Of a stretch of 64,000 nucleotides of DNA, positions 1-10,698 are shown in pieces. A model generated the notes under the pieces. The model was given only the letters and a program-made list of their open reading frames with translations. It did not search any database and was not told the DNA's origin. Within the stretch, counting starts at the first letter, position 1; each line of letters opens with the position of its first letter. Source of the DNA: an uncultured Christensenella sp. (GTDB lineage Bacteria > Bacillota > Clostridia > Christensenellales > CAG-917); the NCBI GenBank assembly GCA_910578325.1, contig CAJTQT010000004.1, positions 60,581 through 124,580 of the forward strand. Direction: 5' to 3'. The position numbers and the translations under genes are program-made.

Positions 1-229
1 TGTAAAGGTATTCCATCGTTTTGGTTTCGATATGAGCAAGTTCAAACTTTTCGGTAGGGTTAAAAGTCTGTTCAAGAACCGCGCCCGTAACAACATTTTT
101 CATTTTCGTACGTACAAACGCCGCGCCCTTTCCGGGTTTAACGTGCAAGAAATCGACGATCGTCATAATCTTGTTGTCGTAGAGGAAGGTGATGCCCTTT
201 CTCAAATCGCCTGCCATAATTTGTGCCAT
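1..229 (-). CDS. efp: elongation factor P, N-terminal part (gene runs off the left edge)
   Basis: Not in the ORF track because it is open at the window edge. Reverse translation from ATG 227-229 gives [76 protein letters not shown], the canonical EF-P N-terminus (HVKPGKGxAFVRTKxKN). SD AGGAGAA lies 7 nt upstream. It sits downstream of an Xaa-Pro peptidase, as in many Firmicutes. Confidence 0.85.
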   Translation of the reverse strand, partial: MAQIMAGDLRKGITFLYDNKIMTIVDFLHVKPGKGAAFVRTKMKNVVTGAVLEQTFNPTEKFELAHIETKTMEYLY

Positions 230-320
230 AATTCTATTCTCCTAAAAATGTTTGTATTGTATGTCATACAAAGCCGTTACGGTATTATTCTAACACCGTA
301 TTCCGCGCTTTGCAAGCACT

Positions 321-1019
321 TCATCTGTCGATAACGATAAGTTCGGTCGGATGACGGCTTACGACGCCTTTTTTGCCGACGATTACCATATCTTCGATAC
401 GAACGCCCATCTCGTCCTTGATATAAATACCGGGCTCGATAGTCACAACCATATTGTCGGCCAGCACCTCTTCGCTACCTCTTCCGAGACGCGGCGATTC
501 GTGCACAACTTTCCCCACGCCGTGACCTGTCGTATGAATAAAGTTCTCTCCGTATCCGTATTTTTCAATACAGTCACGGCAGACCTTATCTACGTCGTCG
601 CAACGCATACCGCGCATCGTAACCTCTACGCCGAGTTTCTGCGACTCATAAACCGCGTCGTATATCTCGCGCTGTTTGTCGCTAATCTTTCCGAACGCGA
701 ACGTACGCGTGAAATCCGAGCAGTAGCCTTGATAGACCGCGCCCATATCGATAGTGACAAGCATACCCTTTTCGAGTTTGCAATCGGTGGGAACGTGATG
801 CGGTTCCGCTCCGCCTTTTCCGAATGCGACTATAGTATCGAAAGAAAGTCCGCTTGCGCCCTGCATAAGCACGAATTCCTCGATAAAGTCCGCTATTTCC
901 TTTTCGGTGTCGCCTTCTTTTATTACGTCCAGCACGGCATCGTAGGTATCATCGATAATCTGCGCCGCGCGCTCGATTGCGCGCAATTCATAACCTTTTT
1001 TGATAATTCCGTTGTCCAT
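321..1019 (-). CDS. M24-family Xaa-Pro peptidase, catalytic pita-bread domain only (232 aa)
   Basis: Metal-ligand motifs are present: DMGAVYQGYCSD, HTTGHGVG, VHESP, TIEPGIY and RIED. The creatinase-like N-domain seen in full-length PepP/PepQ is absent. Conserved position upstream of efp. Confidence 0.85.
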   Translation of the reverse strand: MDNGIIKKGYELRAIERAAQIIDDTYDAVLDVIKEGDTEKEIADFIEEFVLMQGASGLSFDTIVAFGKGGAEPHHVPTDCKLEKGMLVTIDMGAVYQGYCSDFTRTFAFGKISDKQREIYDAVYESQKLGVEVTMRGMRCDDVDKVCRDCIEKYGYGENFIHTTGHGVGKVVHESPRLGRGSEEVLADNMVVTIEPGIYIKDEMGVRIEDMVIVGKKGVVSRHPTELIVIDR

Positions 1020-1049
1020 AATTCCTCTTAACGCGGTTGACTAACAGCC

Positions 1050-2663
1050 TTATTTGGCATATTCCACACTGCGAACTTCACGTATAACGTTGACCTTGAT
1101 CTGTCCGGGATACTCTAATTCGTTTTCGAGTTTCTCGGCTATTTCTTTTGCAAGGAAAACCGTATTCGCGTCGTTTACTCTCTCGGGTTTTACCATAACG
1201 CGGATTTCCCTGCCCGCCTGCACTGCAAACGTCTGATCCACTCCGTCAAAAGATTTTGCAATCTCTTCGAGTTTCTCGATTCGTTTAACGTAATTTTCAA
1301 GCGATTCGCGTCTTGCACCGGGACGCGCGCTCGATATAGCGTCCGCCGCCTGTACGATAACCGCGTCGATAGTAGTAGGTTCGATATCGTTGTGGTGCGC
1401 CGCTATAGCGTGTATGACGTCGCCGTTCTCGCGGTATTTCTTTGCGATTTCAACACCGAGTTGAATATGCGTGCCTTCCAGTTCGTGGTCGACGGCCTTT
1501 CCTATATCGTGGAGAAGTCCCGCTCTGCGCGCGATTCTGGGGTCGATACCCATTTCAGAAGCCATAATCGACGCAAGCGACGCAACCTCTATGGAATGCT
1601 TCAATACATTCTGGCCGTAACTCGTACGGTATTTAAGTCTGCCGAGAATCTTGATAATTTCGGGATGCAAGCCGTGAACGCCAACTTCGAAAGCCGCCTC
1701 TTCGCCCGCTTCTTTTATGCCCGCTTCCACTTCGCGGCGAACCTTGTCGACCATCTCCTCGATTCTCGCGGGATGGATACGTCCGTCGGTTATAAGTTTT
1801 TCGAGAGTGAGTCTTGCAACTTCGCGTCTTACGGGATCGAAACTCGAAAGAGTGATAACGTCGGGAGTATCGTCAATTATAAGGTCCACGCCCGTCGCGC
1901 TTTCGAGAGCGCGGATGTTTCTTCCCATACGTCCTATAATTCTGCCCTTCATCTCGTCGTTGGGAAGAGCAACGACCGATACGGTGTTCTCCGTCGCGTG
2001 GTCGGCGGCGCAACGCTGTATTGCCTGCGAGATTATGTTTCTCGCCTCTTTCTGCGCGTTCTCCTTAGACTCCGCAATTATCGCTTTCGCATCCTGCGCG
2101 GCGTCTTTTTTAACTCCTTCCAGCAAAGCGGATTTGAGTTCCGCCGCGGCGTCTTCCTTTGTCATTCCCGAAACTCTTTCGAGTTCCTTTTGCATAATCT
2201 CTTTGGAATGGCTCAGTTCGTCCTCTATGCCTTTAAGCCTTTCTTTCGTTTCTTCGTTCTGCTTCTGAACACGTTCCGCATCTTCGATTTTTCTATCGAG
2301 AGTCGCGCTCTTCTTGTCAATCAAATCCTCTTTTTTGTCAAGAGCGGATTCTTTCTGCGCGAGTCTGTTTTCGGTACGTTGCCAATCCTGTTTGCGCTCC
2401 TTAGTTTCCTTTTCAAAGTCGTCGCGCATCCTGTTCATCTGTTCTTTCGCTTCGATAAGACCGTCTTTACGTATGGTCTTTGCTTCCAAATTTGCTTCTT
2501 CGATAATCCTCGCCGCCTCACGCTTTGCGTTGCCGATTTTGTTCATCGAGTAGGATTTAAAAACAAAAAAGCCTATCAATGCACCGACTACCGCCGTGGC
2601 TATCGCTATACCCGCGATGCCGCCCGCGTCGATTGCGGAATTCAATAATCCGAATATGGTCAT
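1050..2663 (-). CDS. rny: ribonuclease Y
   Basis: N-terminal TM helix, long coiled-coil, KH domain ([15 protein letters not shown]) and HD domain ([10 protein letters not shown]). SD GGAGG upstream of ATG 2663. recA-rny synteny. Confidence 0.95.
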   Translation of the reverse strand: MTIFGLLNSAIDAGGIAGIAIATAVVGALIGFFVFKSYSMNKIGNAKREAARIIEEANLEAKTIRKDGLIEAKEQMNRMRDDFEKETKERKQDWQRTENRLAQKESALDKKEDLIDKKSATLDRKIEDAERVQKQNEETKERLKGIEDELSHSKEIMQKELERVSGMTKEDAAAELKSALLEGVKKDAAQDAKAIIAESKENAQKEARNIISQAIQRCAADHATENTVSVVALPNDEMKGRIIGRMGRNIRALESATGVDLIIDDTPDVITLSSFDPVRREVARLTLEKLITDGRIHPARIEEMVDKVRREVEAGIKEAGEEAAFEVGVHGLHPEIIKILGRLKYRTSYGQNVLKHSIEVASLASIMASEMGIDPRIARRAGLLHDIGKAVDHELEGTHIQLGVEIAKKYRENGDVIHAIAAHHNDIEPTTIDAVIVQAADAISSARPGARRESLENYVKRIEKLEEIAKSFDGVDQTFAVQAGREIRVMVKPERVNDANTVFLAKEIAEKLENELEYPGQIKVNVIREVRSVEYAK

Positions 2664-2947
2664 TTGAGACCTCCATTTATATAATCAAAACCATACGCGA
2701 AAACACAAAAATATTTCCAAATCCGAAAAGAGAATCTATATGTTCGGCAACAAAAACTATGCGTGCCGTAAAACTTAAACAATCTATCTATACGGTTGTT
2801 GTTTTCGTAAATATGATTTTGTCTTAAATAGTATATACTATTTTAAATATTTAGTCAACGGATTAAGGCTATACGCGCATAAAATCAAACGGTGCGGCAG
2901 GCAAATTCGACCTGTCATAACAAAAAGCCGCAAATATCGCCGAAAAC

Positions 2948-2982
2948 GCAGTTTATCCGCCCAAAACAGGCGGATAAACTGC
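2948..2982 (-). terminator. rho-independent terminator downstream of recA
   Basis: Perfect 14-bp inverted repeat GCAGTTTATCCGCC / GGCGGATAAACTGC with a 7-nt loop. On the minus strand it is followed by GTTTTCG. Confidence 0.6.
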
Positions 2983-3010
2983 TTAATAAACTAATTGTGC
3001 TTTTTAACTG

Positions 3011-4018
3011 TCAGTTCAAACTGTATTTTTCACGCACTTTTGCGTCAAGTTCCGCAAGAATGTCGGGATGATTTTCGAGATACTCAACTGTTTTATCTCT
3101 GCCCTGACCGATTTTTTCGTCGTTATAACTGTACCAACTTCCGCCTTTCTGAACAAAGCCGTTTGCGACCGCAACGTCAAGAATACACGCCGTCAGAGAT
3201 ACGCCTTTTCCGTACATAATATCAAATTCCGCCGTTCTGAAAGGAGGTGCGACTTTGTTTTTTACAATCTTTGCAAGCACGTGGTTTCCTATGACGTCCG
3301 AACCGTCTTTAATCGCGTCTTTTCTGCGTACGTCTATACGCACCGAAGCATAAAACTTCAATGCCTTGCCGCCCGTTGTAGTTTCCGCGCTGCCGTACAT
3401 AACTCCAACTTTCTCGCGCAACTGATTGATGAAAATTATCGTGCACTTGCTTTTCGAGGCAACCGAAGTAAGTTTACGCAACGCCTGCGACATAAGTCTT
3501 GCCTGCAATCCGACGTGGCTGTCCCCCATATCGCCCTCTATTTCCGCCTGCGGAGTAAGAGCGGCAACCGAGTCTACTACAATTATATCAACCGCATTGC
3601 TTCGCACCAGAGTTTCCACAATGTCCAGAGCCTGCTCTCCGTTGTCGGGTTGCGCAATATAAAGTTTTTCTATCTGCACGCCGAGTTTAGACGCATATAC
3701 GGGGTCGAGCGCGTGTTCCGCGTCGATAAACGCCGCGGTGCCTCCCGTCTTCTGCATTTCCGCAACGCAATGCAACGCGACCGTTGTCTTACCCGATGAC
3801 TCGGGTCCGTATATTTCGATGATTCTGCCTTTCGGAATACCGCCTATGCCCAACGCGATATCGAGCGTCAGACATCCTGTCGATACGGCTTCGACTTTCT
3901 GTCCCGTATCATCCCCCAGCAACATAATCGAACCTTTTCCGAAATGCTTTTCTATTTGCGCGAGAGCGTCTTGAAGGCTCTCGGCTTTGGTTTTCGGTTT
4001 TTCGTTTTTTTCCGCCAT
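3011..4018 (-). CDS. recA: recombinase RecA
   Basis: Walker [10 protein letters not shown], plus [11 protein letters not shown] and L1/L2 loop sequences. SD AAGGAG upstream. Confidence 0.98.
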   Translation of the reverse strand: MAEKNEKPKTKAESLQDALAQIEKHFGKGSIMLLGDDTGQKVEAVSTGCLTLDIALGIGGIPKGRIIEIYGPESSGKTTVALHCVAEMQKTGGTAAFIDAEHALDPVYASKLGVQIEKLYIAQPDNGEQALDIVETLVRSNAVDIIVVDSVAALTPQAEIEGDMGDSHVGLQARLMSQALRKLTSVASKSKCTIIFINQLREKVGVMYGSAETTTGGKALKFYASVRIDVRRKDAIKDGSDVIGNHVLAKIVKNKVAPPFRTAEFDIMYGKGVSLTACILDVAVANGFVQKGGSWYSYNDEKIGQGRDKTVEYLENHPDILAELDAKVREKYSLN

Positions 4019-4117
4019 AGTGTATTTCTCCTTTATCTAACGCCGCTAAGACGTATTGACAGTTTATATTTTATTGCAACATACGCACCGTTTTCGGTAC
4101 ATTGCGAATAATTTCCG

Positions 4118-4819
4118 TTATAAGTGCCAGATATCGCCTTTGAGATATCTGACAAGATAGAACAAAGCGACGTTTGCCGCGCATCCGCGGATATGGTTGC
4201 GGTCGCCTTCGAATCTGCGTTCGAACACAGGTATAAAATCACCGCCGCCTACCGCAATATACACAAGACCGACAGGCTTTCCCTCATCTCCGCGAGGTCC
4301 CGCAAGTCCTGTTGTCGCAAGTCCTATATCGACGGGCTCCCGCACCAGTCCCCTGACCATTTCATACGCGGTTTGTCTGCTTATCGCGCCCTGCCTCGCG
4401 AGCGTACCGTTGCTTACGCCGAGCCGCGAAATTTTCGACGACTTATTGTAACAGACTATTCCTTCGTAAAAGTTTTCGCTTATTCCCGAAATCTCCGTCA
4501 GGCGCGAACAGATTTCGCCGCCCGTAAGGCTTTCGGCAACCGCGAGCACGCGAGAGTTCATTTTGAGAAGTTTTGCGGCAATCTCCTGCAAGGATGCGTC
4601 GCCTGCAAAATACACCTCGTCTGAGAACACGTTATAAACTTCGCTCTTTATCTGCTCGAATTTGAGTCTTCCCAGCGATTTCGGCGCGCTCATAACTATT
4701 TTTGCGTCGAGACAATCTTCCGTTACGCAGAAATTCACCCCGCTATCGGAAAACCTTTCAAGACGTTTCAGAATTTCGTCTTGTGTCAATCCGCATAATT
4801 TTACCGATTCGTTTATCAT
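4118..4819 (-). CDS. CinA-family protein, C-terminal nicotinamide-nucleotide amidohydrolase (PncC-like) domain; MoCF-binding N-domain absent
   Basis: LAVAESLTGGEICSRLTEISGIS...GLATTGLAGPRGDEGKPVGLVYIAV matches the CinA C-terminal domain. cinA-recA synteny. Confidence 0.8.
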   Translation of the reverse strand: MINESVKLCGLTQDEILKRLERFSDSGVNFCVTEDCLDAKIVMSAPKSLGRLKFEQIKSEVYNVFSDEVYFAGDASLQEIAAKLLKMNSRVLAVAESLTGGEICSRLTEISGISENFYEGIVCYNKSSKISRLGVSNGTLARQGAISRQTAYEMVRGLVREPVDIGLATTGLAGPRGDEGKPVGLVYIAVGGGDFIPVFERRFEGDRNHIRGCAANVALFYLVRYLKGDIWHL

Positions 4820-4839
4820 ATATACGCCTGCATTGAAAC

Positions 4840-5505
4840 TCAGTTCTCTGCCCTGTCGCTTACGCCGTCCGCCTGTTTTGCCGCCGACGTATCGGGACTT
4901 TCAGCGATCGGTTGCAGAACGTGCCTGTTCTTATAGATATATCTCGCGCCGCTGAACACCGCAAACGCCGCGCCGATATAGAACAGCACCGTTCCCATCC
5001 AACCGATTACGACGTGCAGTCCCGCAAGCATAAGCGTGGTTACCGACACGTCCAGAAACACTGTTTTGATTTTGCCGAATATATCCGCCGCAAGCACCAG
5101 ATTCTTTTTGGCGGCGATTGAGCGGAATACGCTTATAAGCAACTCGCGCGACAGTATTAACCCGCTTAGAAGCGCGATTACAACGCCGTTGTGCATAAAC
5201 TTGTCGCCCATTGTAAGTCCGTCCTGATACAGCACGATGAGGAAAAGCATAATAACTATAACGACCTTATCCGCAAGCGGATCCAAAAGTTTGCCAAGGT
5301 CTGAAACGGTTCCCGTTTTCCTCGCGATATAGCCGTCGAGGAAATCCGTCGAACAGCAAATCGAAAACAGAACGGCGGAGACTATCAGAGAGGCGAGATA
5401 ACCTGTCTGCGTTTGCAGAGAATGCGCGAGAATAAACGCTATTATCGTCGGGATTATCAGAAAAATACGCGCTACGGTTATCTTAGTTGCCAAAGTCAAT
5501 TTCAT
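4840..5505 (-). CDS. pgsA: CDP-diacylglycerol--glycerol-3-phosphate 3-phosphatidyltransferase
   Basis: CDP-alcohol phosphatidyltransferase motif DFLDGYIARKTGTVSDLGKLLDPLADK. Multi-TM protein. The start overlaps the rimO stop by 4 nt. Confidence 0.9.
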   Translation of the reverse strand: MKLTLATKITVARIFLIIPTIIAFILAHSLQTQTGYLASLIVSAVLFSICCSTDFLDGYIARKTGTVSDLGKLLDPLADKVVIVIMLFLIVLYQDGLTMGDKFMHNGVVIALLSGLILSRELLISVFRSIAAKKNLVLAADIFGKIKTVFLDVSVTTLMLAGLHVVIGWMGTVLFYIGAAFAVFSGARYIYKNRHVLQPIAESPDTSAAKQADGVSDRAEN

Positions 5506-6809
5506 TGAATTACTACCCCCAAAAGGTCTACGCCGTCGGTGCCGACTATTTCTACTTCGTAAAAGTTGCCTATGAGCGCTTCGCTGTCGGACGTGAAGTA
5601 CACAGTATTATCGATTTCCGGAGCCTGTACAGACGTTCTACCCACGAAAGCCTGCTTCTCGTAATCTATGCCGTCGTACAACACGCGTACGCGCTTGCCG
5701 ATGACCGACTTGTTACGCTCGCACATAATCTCGGTCTGCAAACGCGTCAGTTCGTCTGCTCTCGCCTGCTTGATCTCTTCCGGCAGATGTCCGTCCAGCC
5801 TGTCGGCGGGCGTGCCTTCTTCTCTCGAATATGCAAAGAATCCCGCATAATCGATTTCAGCGCATTTTATAAAATCGCGGAGTTTTTCAAACGCTTCCTC
5901 GCTCTCACCCGGAAATCCGCAAATAAACGTAGTTCTGAGGGTTATACCTGCCGCTTTTACCTTTTTTATCAACTCACGCGTATAACGCTCGTCGGTATGC
6001 CTGTTCATACGTTTCAAAACGCCGCTGTCAATATGCTGGAAAGGTATATCCATATACTTTGCGACCTTAGGTTCCGTCGCAATGAATTCAATCAGCGCGT
6101 CGTCTACCATTTCGGGTTCGAGATACAGCAAACGTATAAGGTCGAAATCCAACTTTTCGAGTTCTTTCACAAGTTCCGTCAAATGCGGCTTTCCGTCAAA
6201 ATCAATTCCGTACCTTGTCACGTCCTGCGCCACGAGAATAAGTTCCCTAACGCCGTCGTCGGAAAGAGTTTTCGCCTCTCTCAGCAAATCCTCCGTCTTT
6301 TCCGATCTGTATTTTCCGCGTATTGACGGGATAGCGCAATATGTACAGTGATTATTGCATCCTTCCGCAATTTTAAGATAGGCGTAGTGATATGGAGTCG
6401 TCAGCACTCTCTTTCCGTAAAAAGCGTCTTTGCACTCCGTACGGCTAACTCTGTTTTTTCCGTCTATCTCTTTCAGCACGTTTAAGATTTCATCGTAAGC
6501 GGCGATTCCGAGAAAGGCGTCGACCTCCGGAAATTCCGCTTTAAGTTCATCAACATATCTCTGCGAAAGACATCCGGTAACAACGACGTATTTTACTTTT
6601 GCCGTTTTCTTGCACTCAACAGCCCAAAGCACTTCGTCTATGGATTCCTCTTTCGCCTTATCTATAAACGCGCAGGTGTTGACGATAAGCGCGTCCGCCT
6701 CTTCCGCGTCCGATACAACCGTGTGCCCGCCTTCCACAAGTCTTGCAAGCATCTTTTCGGTGTCGACTCTGTTTTTATCGCATCCGAGCGATATCGCGCC
6801 TATTCTCAT
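5502..6809 (-). CDS. rimO: ribosomal protein S12 methylthiotransferase RimO
   Basis: N-terminal SLGCDKNRVDTE (UPF0004 domain), radical-SAM CNNHCTYC and a C-terminal TRAM region. rimO-pgsA synteny. Confidence 0.85.
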   Translation of the reverse strand: MRIGAISLGCDKNRVDTEKMLARLVEGGHTVVSDAEEADALIVNTCAFIDKAKEESIDEVLWAVECKKTAKVKYVVVTGCLSQRYVDELKAEFPEVDAFLGIAAYDEILNVLKEIDGKNRVSRTECKDAFYGKRVLTTPYHYAYLKIAEGCNNHCTYCAIPSIRGKYRSEKTEDLLREAKTLSDDGVRELILVAQDVTRYGIDFDGKPHLTELVKELEKLDFDLIRLLYLEPEMVDDALIEFIATEPKVAKYMDIPFQHIDSGVLKRMNRHTDERYTRELIKKVKAAGITLRTTFICGFPGESEEAFEKLRDFIKCAEIDYAGFFAYSREEGTPADRLDGHLPEEIKQARADELTRLQTEIMCERNKSVIGKRVRVLYDGIDYEKQAFVGRTSVQAPEIDNTVYFTSDSEALIGNFYEVEIVGTDGVDLLGVVIQ

Positions 6810-6882
6810 CTTTTGCCTGTCGGTTCCTTTTATCAGTCATTGAAACGCCGCATCGGATATACTCCGAGCAGTCGGTTTTCGG

Positions 6883-9800
6883 TTATTCTTCATCTTCTCT
6901 GTCTTCGCTTCCCGCGCGCAAAGCGTCGAGTTGCTCATACGAAATATTAACCGCTTTTTTCTTTTTATCCGAGGGATCTACGGGGGTAAGGAAGCCCATA
7001 TCGTCCATCATATCGTAGATTTTCGCCGCCTTCGGCCATCCGAGCCCGAGTTTGCGCTGAATGTAGGAAATGGCTATCGGCGAATTGTTGTCCTCTCTGA
7101 GTTCGATACCCAGTTCGAGAGCCTTGAAAAGTTCGGGAGGCATAGAATCCTTCGCCTTTGCGTGGTCTTTTGCCGAGAACTCCGGTCTGTCCTCTTCCGC
7201 TTCCTTGAATATAGCGTCCTTGATATTGTTGTCAAAGTAACTGTCGTTATGCTGTTTGATAAAGTCCACGACCTTTTTAACTTCATCGTTGGATATAAAC
7301 GCGCCCTGCATACGTTCGAGTTCAGACGCGCCCGTGGACATAAACAGCAGATCGCCGTAACCCAGCAGTTTATCCGCGCCTACGCTGTCGAGGATAGTCT
7401 TACTGTCGAAACTCGACGTAACTTTAAACGCAACGCGGCTAGGGAAGTTATTTTTGATCGTACCGCTGATGACGTCAACCGAGGGACGTTGAGTTGCAAG
7501 CACGAGATGAATACCCGTCGCTCTTGCCAAACGCGCAATGCGGTTTACAGTGTCTTCAACCGCTTTTTTGCCCGTCGACATCAGATCGGCAAATTCGTCT
7601 ACAACTATTACTATGCGCGCCATTTTCTCGTATCCGTGTACGTGTACGTCCGCATTGTAACCCTCTATATCCCTGTAACCGACTTCCGCAAAATACTTCA
7701 TACGGCGTTCCATCTCCTGTATAGCCCAGTTGAGCGCGCGGATTGCCTTGTCGGTATCGCAAATAATCTCGTCCATAAGCAGATGGGGTATGCCCGCATA
7801 TATAGACATCTCTACGCGTTTCGGGTCAACGAGAATGAGACGCACGTCGTCGGGAGACGCCTTGTACAGCAAACTCACAATTAGCGAGTTGATACAGCAA
7901 CTCTTACCTGCGCCCGTCGCGCCCGCAATAAGCACGTGCGGGAGTTTTCTCACTTCGACCACTCTGCTCACGCCGTACAGATTTTTGCCGAGAGCAAACG
8001 ACGCGGGATCTTTTGCGCGGTTGAACTCGGGAGATTCTATAATCTCGCTGAGGTTGACGTTGCGGCGTTTCTTGTTCGGCACTTCTATGCCGACGGCGTC
8101 CTCTCCGGGAATAGGCGCAATGATACGCACGCTGCCTGCTTCCATCTTCATAGCGATATCGCTTTCAAGAGAGGAAATATAGTTTATCGTTCTGCCTCTC
8201 GGCATCTCGACTTTGAGTTTATACATCGTAAACGTGGGTCCGACTTTGATTTCCACAACCTCGCCTTTGATATTGAAGAAATCCAGCGTTTTGACGATTC
8301 TGTCTTTTTTCTGTTCGTAATCCTCGTTCTGATCCACTTCGGGCGCGGGCGGTTCGAGCAAACTCACGGGAGGCGCGGCGTAAGGACGGCGAGGTATGCT
8401 CTTTGCAATTTCCTGCTCGATATTGTTCTGAACGACGCGTTCCGCTTTCTTAGTCTGTTCCGAAACGGATTTTCTGACAGGCTCTCCCGCCGTCAGACCT
8501 CTGTTCTGCGAAGATTTGACCTTTTCTTCCCTAAGCGCTTCTCTTTCATACTGACCTATGTTGGGAGTTTCCTTGATAGCCTGTTTGATATTCTGAATGC
8601 GCGATTGCATTTCCGCGCTTTCTTTATCCTTTGCGGACTGCTTCGCTATATCCGTCGTACTCTGTATCGCTGCGCGGGACATTTTATCGCCTGTAACTTT
8701 CTGACGTACAGGCGCGGGTTCGCTGGGAACTTCGCCTCCGACGGTGGGATTTTCGTCCTTATAAGCAGGTCTCAGGTTGTCGAGACTCGGTTTTAAAGGC
8801 TCATACTTCTTTATCACAGGTTTTTGCTGAACGCCGTTGCCGAAATAATTAGGCTCGGTGTTCTGTTCGGCTTCTTTTTCCACGGAAGTGGCCGCAAAAG
8901 CGCGCGGGATTTTCTTTTCTCCCGATACAGGCGTATATCCCGCTCTTTCCACATCGGAAATCGAAGCGGGCTGACCGTTACGCATAACGGTATCGTCCTT
9001 TGACGTCGTTTTACTGTCCGTTACGGTAACCGTAGCGGGAGCAATGCCCTGCGACGGACGCGCCTGCGGCTTTTCGTATGCCTCGGCGACAATTTCCTCC
9101 GTCTTTGAGTTCGAAGTATCTTCTCCGCTGATCGCCCTGTTGAGCGCGCCGAGCATTCCCACGTTTACGTTTGCGTTCACAGCGTTTTCCGCTTTGCGAA
9201 TAGTGCTGTTTATTGTGTCTCCGCTGTCGGGATGCGACATAATTCTCGTCGGTTTAACGACTTCTTTCTTTACTTCTTCCGCCTCCGACACGACGCCGCC
9301 GACGGTATAATCCCTCGCCTCCGCCTCGAACTCCGCGATGGTCGGAGATTTTGCGAAAGATTTCACTCGCTCCTCTTTCAAAGAGTAATAATCGGGCTTA
9401 ATACCGCCGTTGTAATCCGAGGTATTCTCGGACGTAAATCTGTCCGAGTCAGTTTTCTTGAAATCGTAATCCGCACCCTGAATCGTCTGCTCTTCCGAGC
9501 CGTTCTGAGCACGGTATCTGCGCATAAAATCCTCGCGCAGCGCGTCTCTGTCGGAATCTACGCCCAACTTATTGCGCATTTCCACTCGTCTGACCGCGCC
9601 GTACGACGGAGAAACGTCTGACAACGCTTTGTTGCGAGGATTGCTTGCCGTTTCGTATCGCGACAGCACTTCCTCCGTGGGATTCTGCCCGAACAGTATG
9701 TCTCTGGCAAGTCCCTGCGGCGTATACGCGTTCACCGAACCGGTTCTCACCTGCGGCGTAAGCAATTCGTCCTCATAACCGCCGTTCCTGTTCGGATAAA

Positions 9801-10614
9801 GCGGGTCGAATGAGCCGATAGGCTTATATCCCGCTGCGCCTTTTGCCTTTCTGAAACCGCGCTTCTGCGGCATAGTATCTCCCGCGACGTCGACTACGTA
9901 AAGCGAATCGCCGCCCTCCTGCGCTTGCGAAAAGTCTGTAATAACGGGCATATCCGTCTGCTCGATAGGATGAGCGGCGCGTTCTCTTTTCGCTCTGCGG
10001 GAAGATTCGGGACGGTCGTAATAATCGTTGCGTTCGCGCTTTGACGGCTTGCGTCCGACCTTACGCGAAGGAGCGGTATACGTGACGTTTCTGCGAATGG
10101 AAGGAAGTATGGCAAAAAACGCGAGCACCAAAAAAGCGACGCAGGCTATTACAAGCGCGCCGACTGCGGTGGTCGCTTTCATAAGCGGATATGCTATAAC
10201 TCCGTACAGCATTCCGCCCGCGGTATTCGTATTCTCGTAACAGGAAAAAAGATATTCGCCGTAACTTGCGCCGACAATGTGCACGCTCGACGTATAAACC
10301 TGCAAAGCGAGTATGCCCAGTACAAGCATACCCGTATAAAACAAAGCGCGTGAAAAGCGCATTCTCAGCCTGATGCCGAAAGTGAGCGCGATTCCGAGAA
10401 TCACGCCGCCCAGAGCATATCCGTAAAACGCCAGTCCGAAAAATCCTATCAAAAAGCCGCTAACCGTTTTCCCTATTTCGCCGAACGCCCCTACGGCGCA
10501 CAAAAAGCAGAAAAGCGAAACTGCGATAAGTATGATGCCCATCGCTATCTTGCCGCCGGTATGCGCTCTTGCTTGACGAGTATTTGCCAAAACCCACCTT
10601 CCGTAAATATTCAA
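6883..10614 (-). CDS. ftsK: DNA translocase FtsK/SpoIIIE with an unusually long linker
   Basis: N-terminal TM helices and a roughly 560-aa low-complexity linker. C-terminal motor has Walker A GATGAGKS, Walker B VIVVDEFADL and a gamma winged-helix (ISYIQRKLGLGWPKAAKIYD). The listed start is TTG, so the true start may be a few codons downstream. Confidence 0.9.
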   Translation of the reverse strand: MNIYGRWVLANTRQARAHTGGKIAMGIILIAVSLFCFLCAVGAFGEIGKTVSGFLIGFFGLAFYGYALGGVILGIALTFGIRLRMRFSRALFYTGMLVLGILALQVYTSSVHIVGASYGEYLFSCYENTNTAGGMLYGVIAYPLMKATTAVGALVIACVAFLVLAFFAILPSIRRNVTYTAPSRKVGRKPSKRERNDYYDRPESSRRAKRERAAHPIEQTDMPVITDFSQAQEGGDSLYVVDVAGDTMPQKRGFRKAKGAAGYKPIGSFDPLYPNRNGGYEDELLTPQVRTGSVNAYTPQGLARDILFGQNPTEEVLSRYETASNPRNKALSDVSPSYGAVRRVEMRNKLGVDSDRDALREDFMRRYRAQNGSEEQTIQGADYDFKKTDSDRFTSENTSDYNGGIKPDYYSLKEERVKSFAKSPTIAEFEAEARDYTVGGVVSEAEEVKKEVVKPTRIMSHPDSGDTINSTIRKAENAVNANVNVGMLGALNRAISGEDTSNSKTEEIVAEAYEKPQARPSQGIAPATVTVTDSKTTSKDDTVMRNGQPASISDVERAGYTPVSGEKKIPRAFAATSVEKEAEQNTEPNYFGNGVQQKPVIKKYEPLKPSLDNLRPAYKDENPTVGGEVPSEPAPVRQKVTGDKMSRAAIQSTTDIAKQSAKDKESAEMQSRIQNIKQAIKETPNIGQYEREALREEKVKSSQNRGLTAGEPVRKSVSEQTKKAERVVQNNIEQEIAKSIPRRPYAAPPVSLLEPPAPEVDQNEDYEQKKDRIVKTLDFFNIKGEVVEIKVGPTFTMYKLKVEMPRGRTINYISSLESDIAMKMEAGSVRIIAPIPGEDAVGIEVPNKKRRNVNLSEIIESPEFNRAKDPASFALGKNLYGVSRVVEVRKLPHVLIAGATGAGKSCCINSLIVSLLYKASPDDVRLILVDPKRVEMSIYAGIPHLLMDEIICDTDKAIRALNWAIQEMERRMKYFAEVGYRDIEGYNADVHVHGYEKMARIVIVVDEFADLMSTGKKAVEDTVNRIARLARATGIHLVLATQRPSVDVISGTIKNNFPSRVAFKVTSSFDSKTILDSVGADKLLGYGDLLFMSTGASELERMQGAFISNDEVKKVVDFIKQHNDSYFDNNIKDAIFKEAEEDRPEFSAKDHAKAKDSMPPELFKALELGIELREDNNSPIAISYIQRKLGLGWPKAAKIYDMMDDMGFLTPVDPSDKKKKAVNISYEQLDALRAGSEDREDEE

Positions 10615-10698
10615 TATTTGAAATTATAACATAGACTATATTATATTTCAAGCATAATATATCCAAAAAGCGAGCGATTTTATAACCTCGGATTCTAC

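Noticed and set aside
1392-2648. 418-aa plus-strand ORF (and nested ORFs 1717..2268 and 2314..2553) opposite rny
   Set aside because: It is a codon-aligned antisense shadow of a confidently identified gene. The sequence is low-complexity and Arg/Phe/Ser-rich with no motifs or SD, and is explained by TTA/CTA/TCA avoidance in rny.
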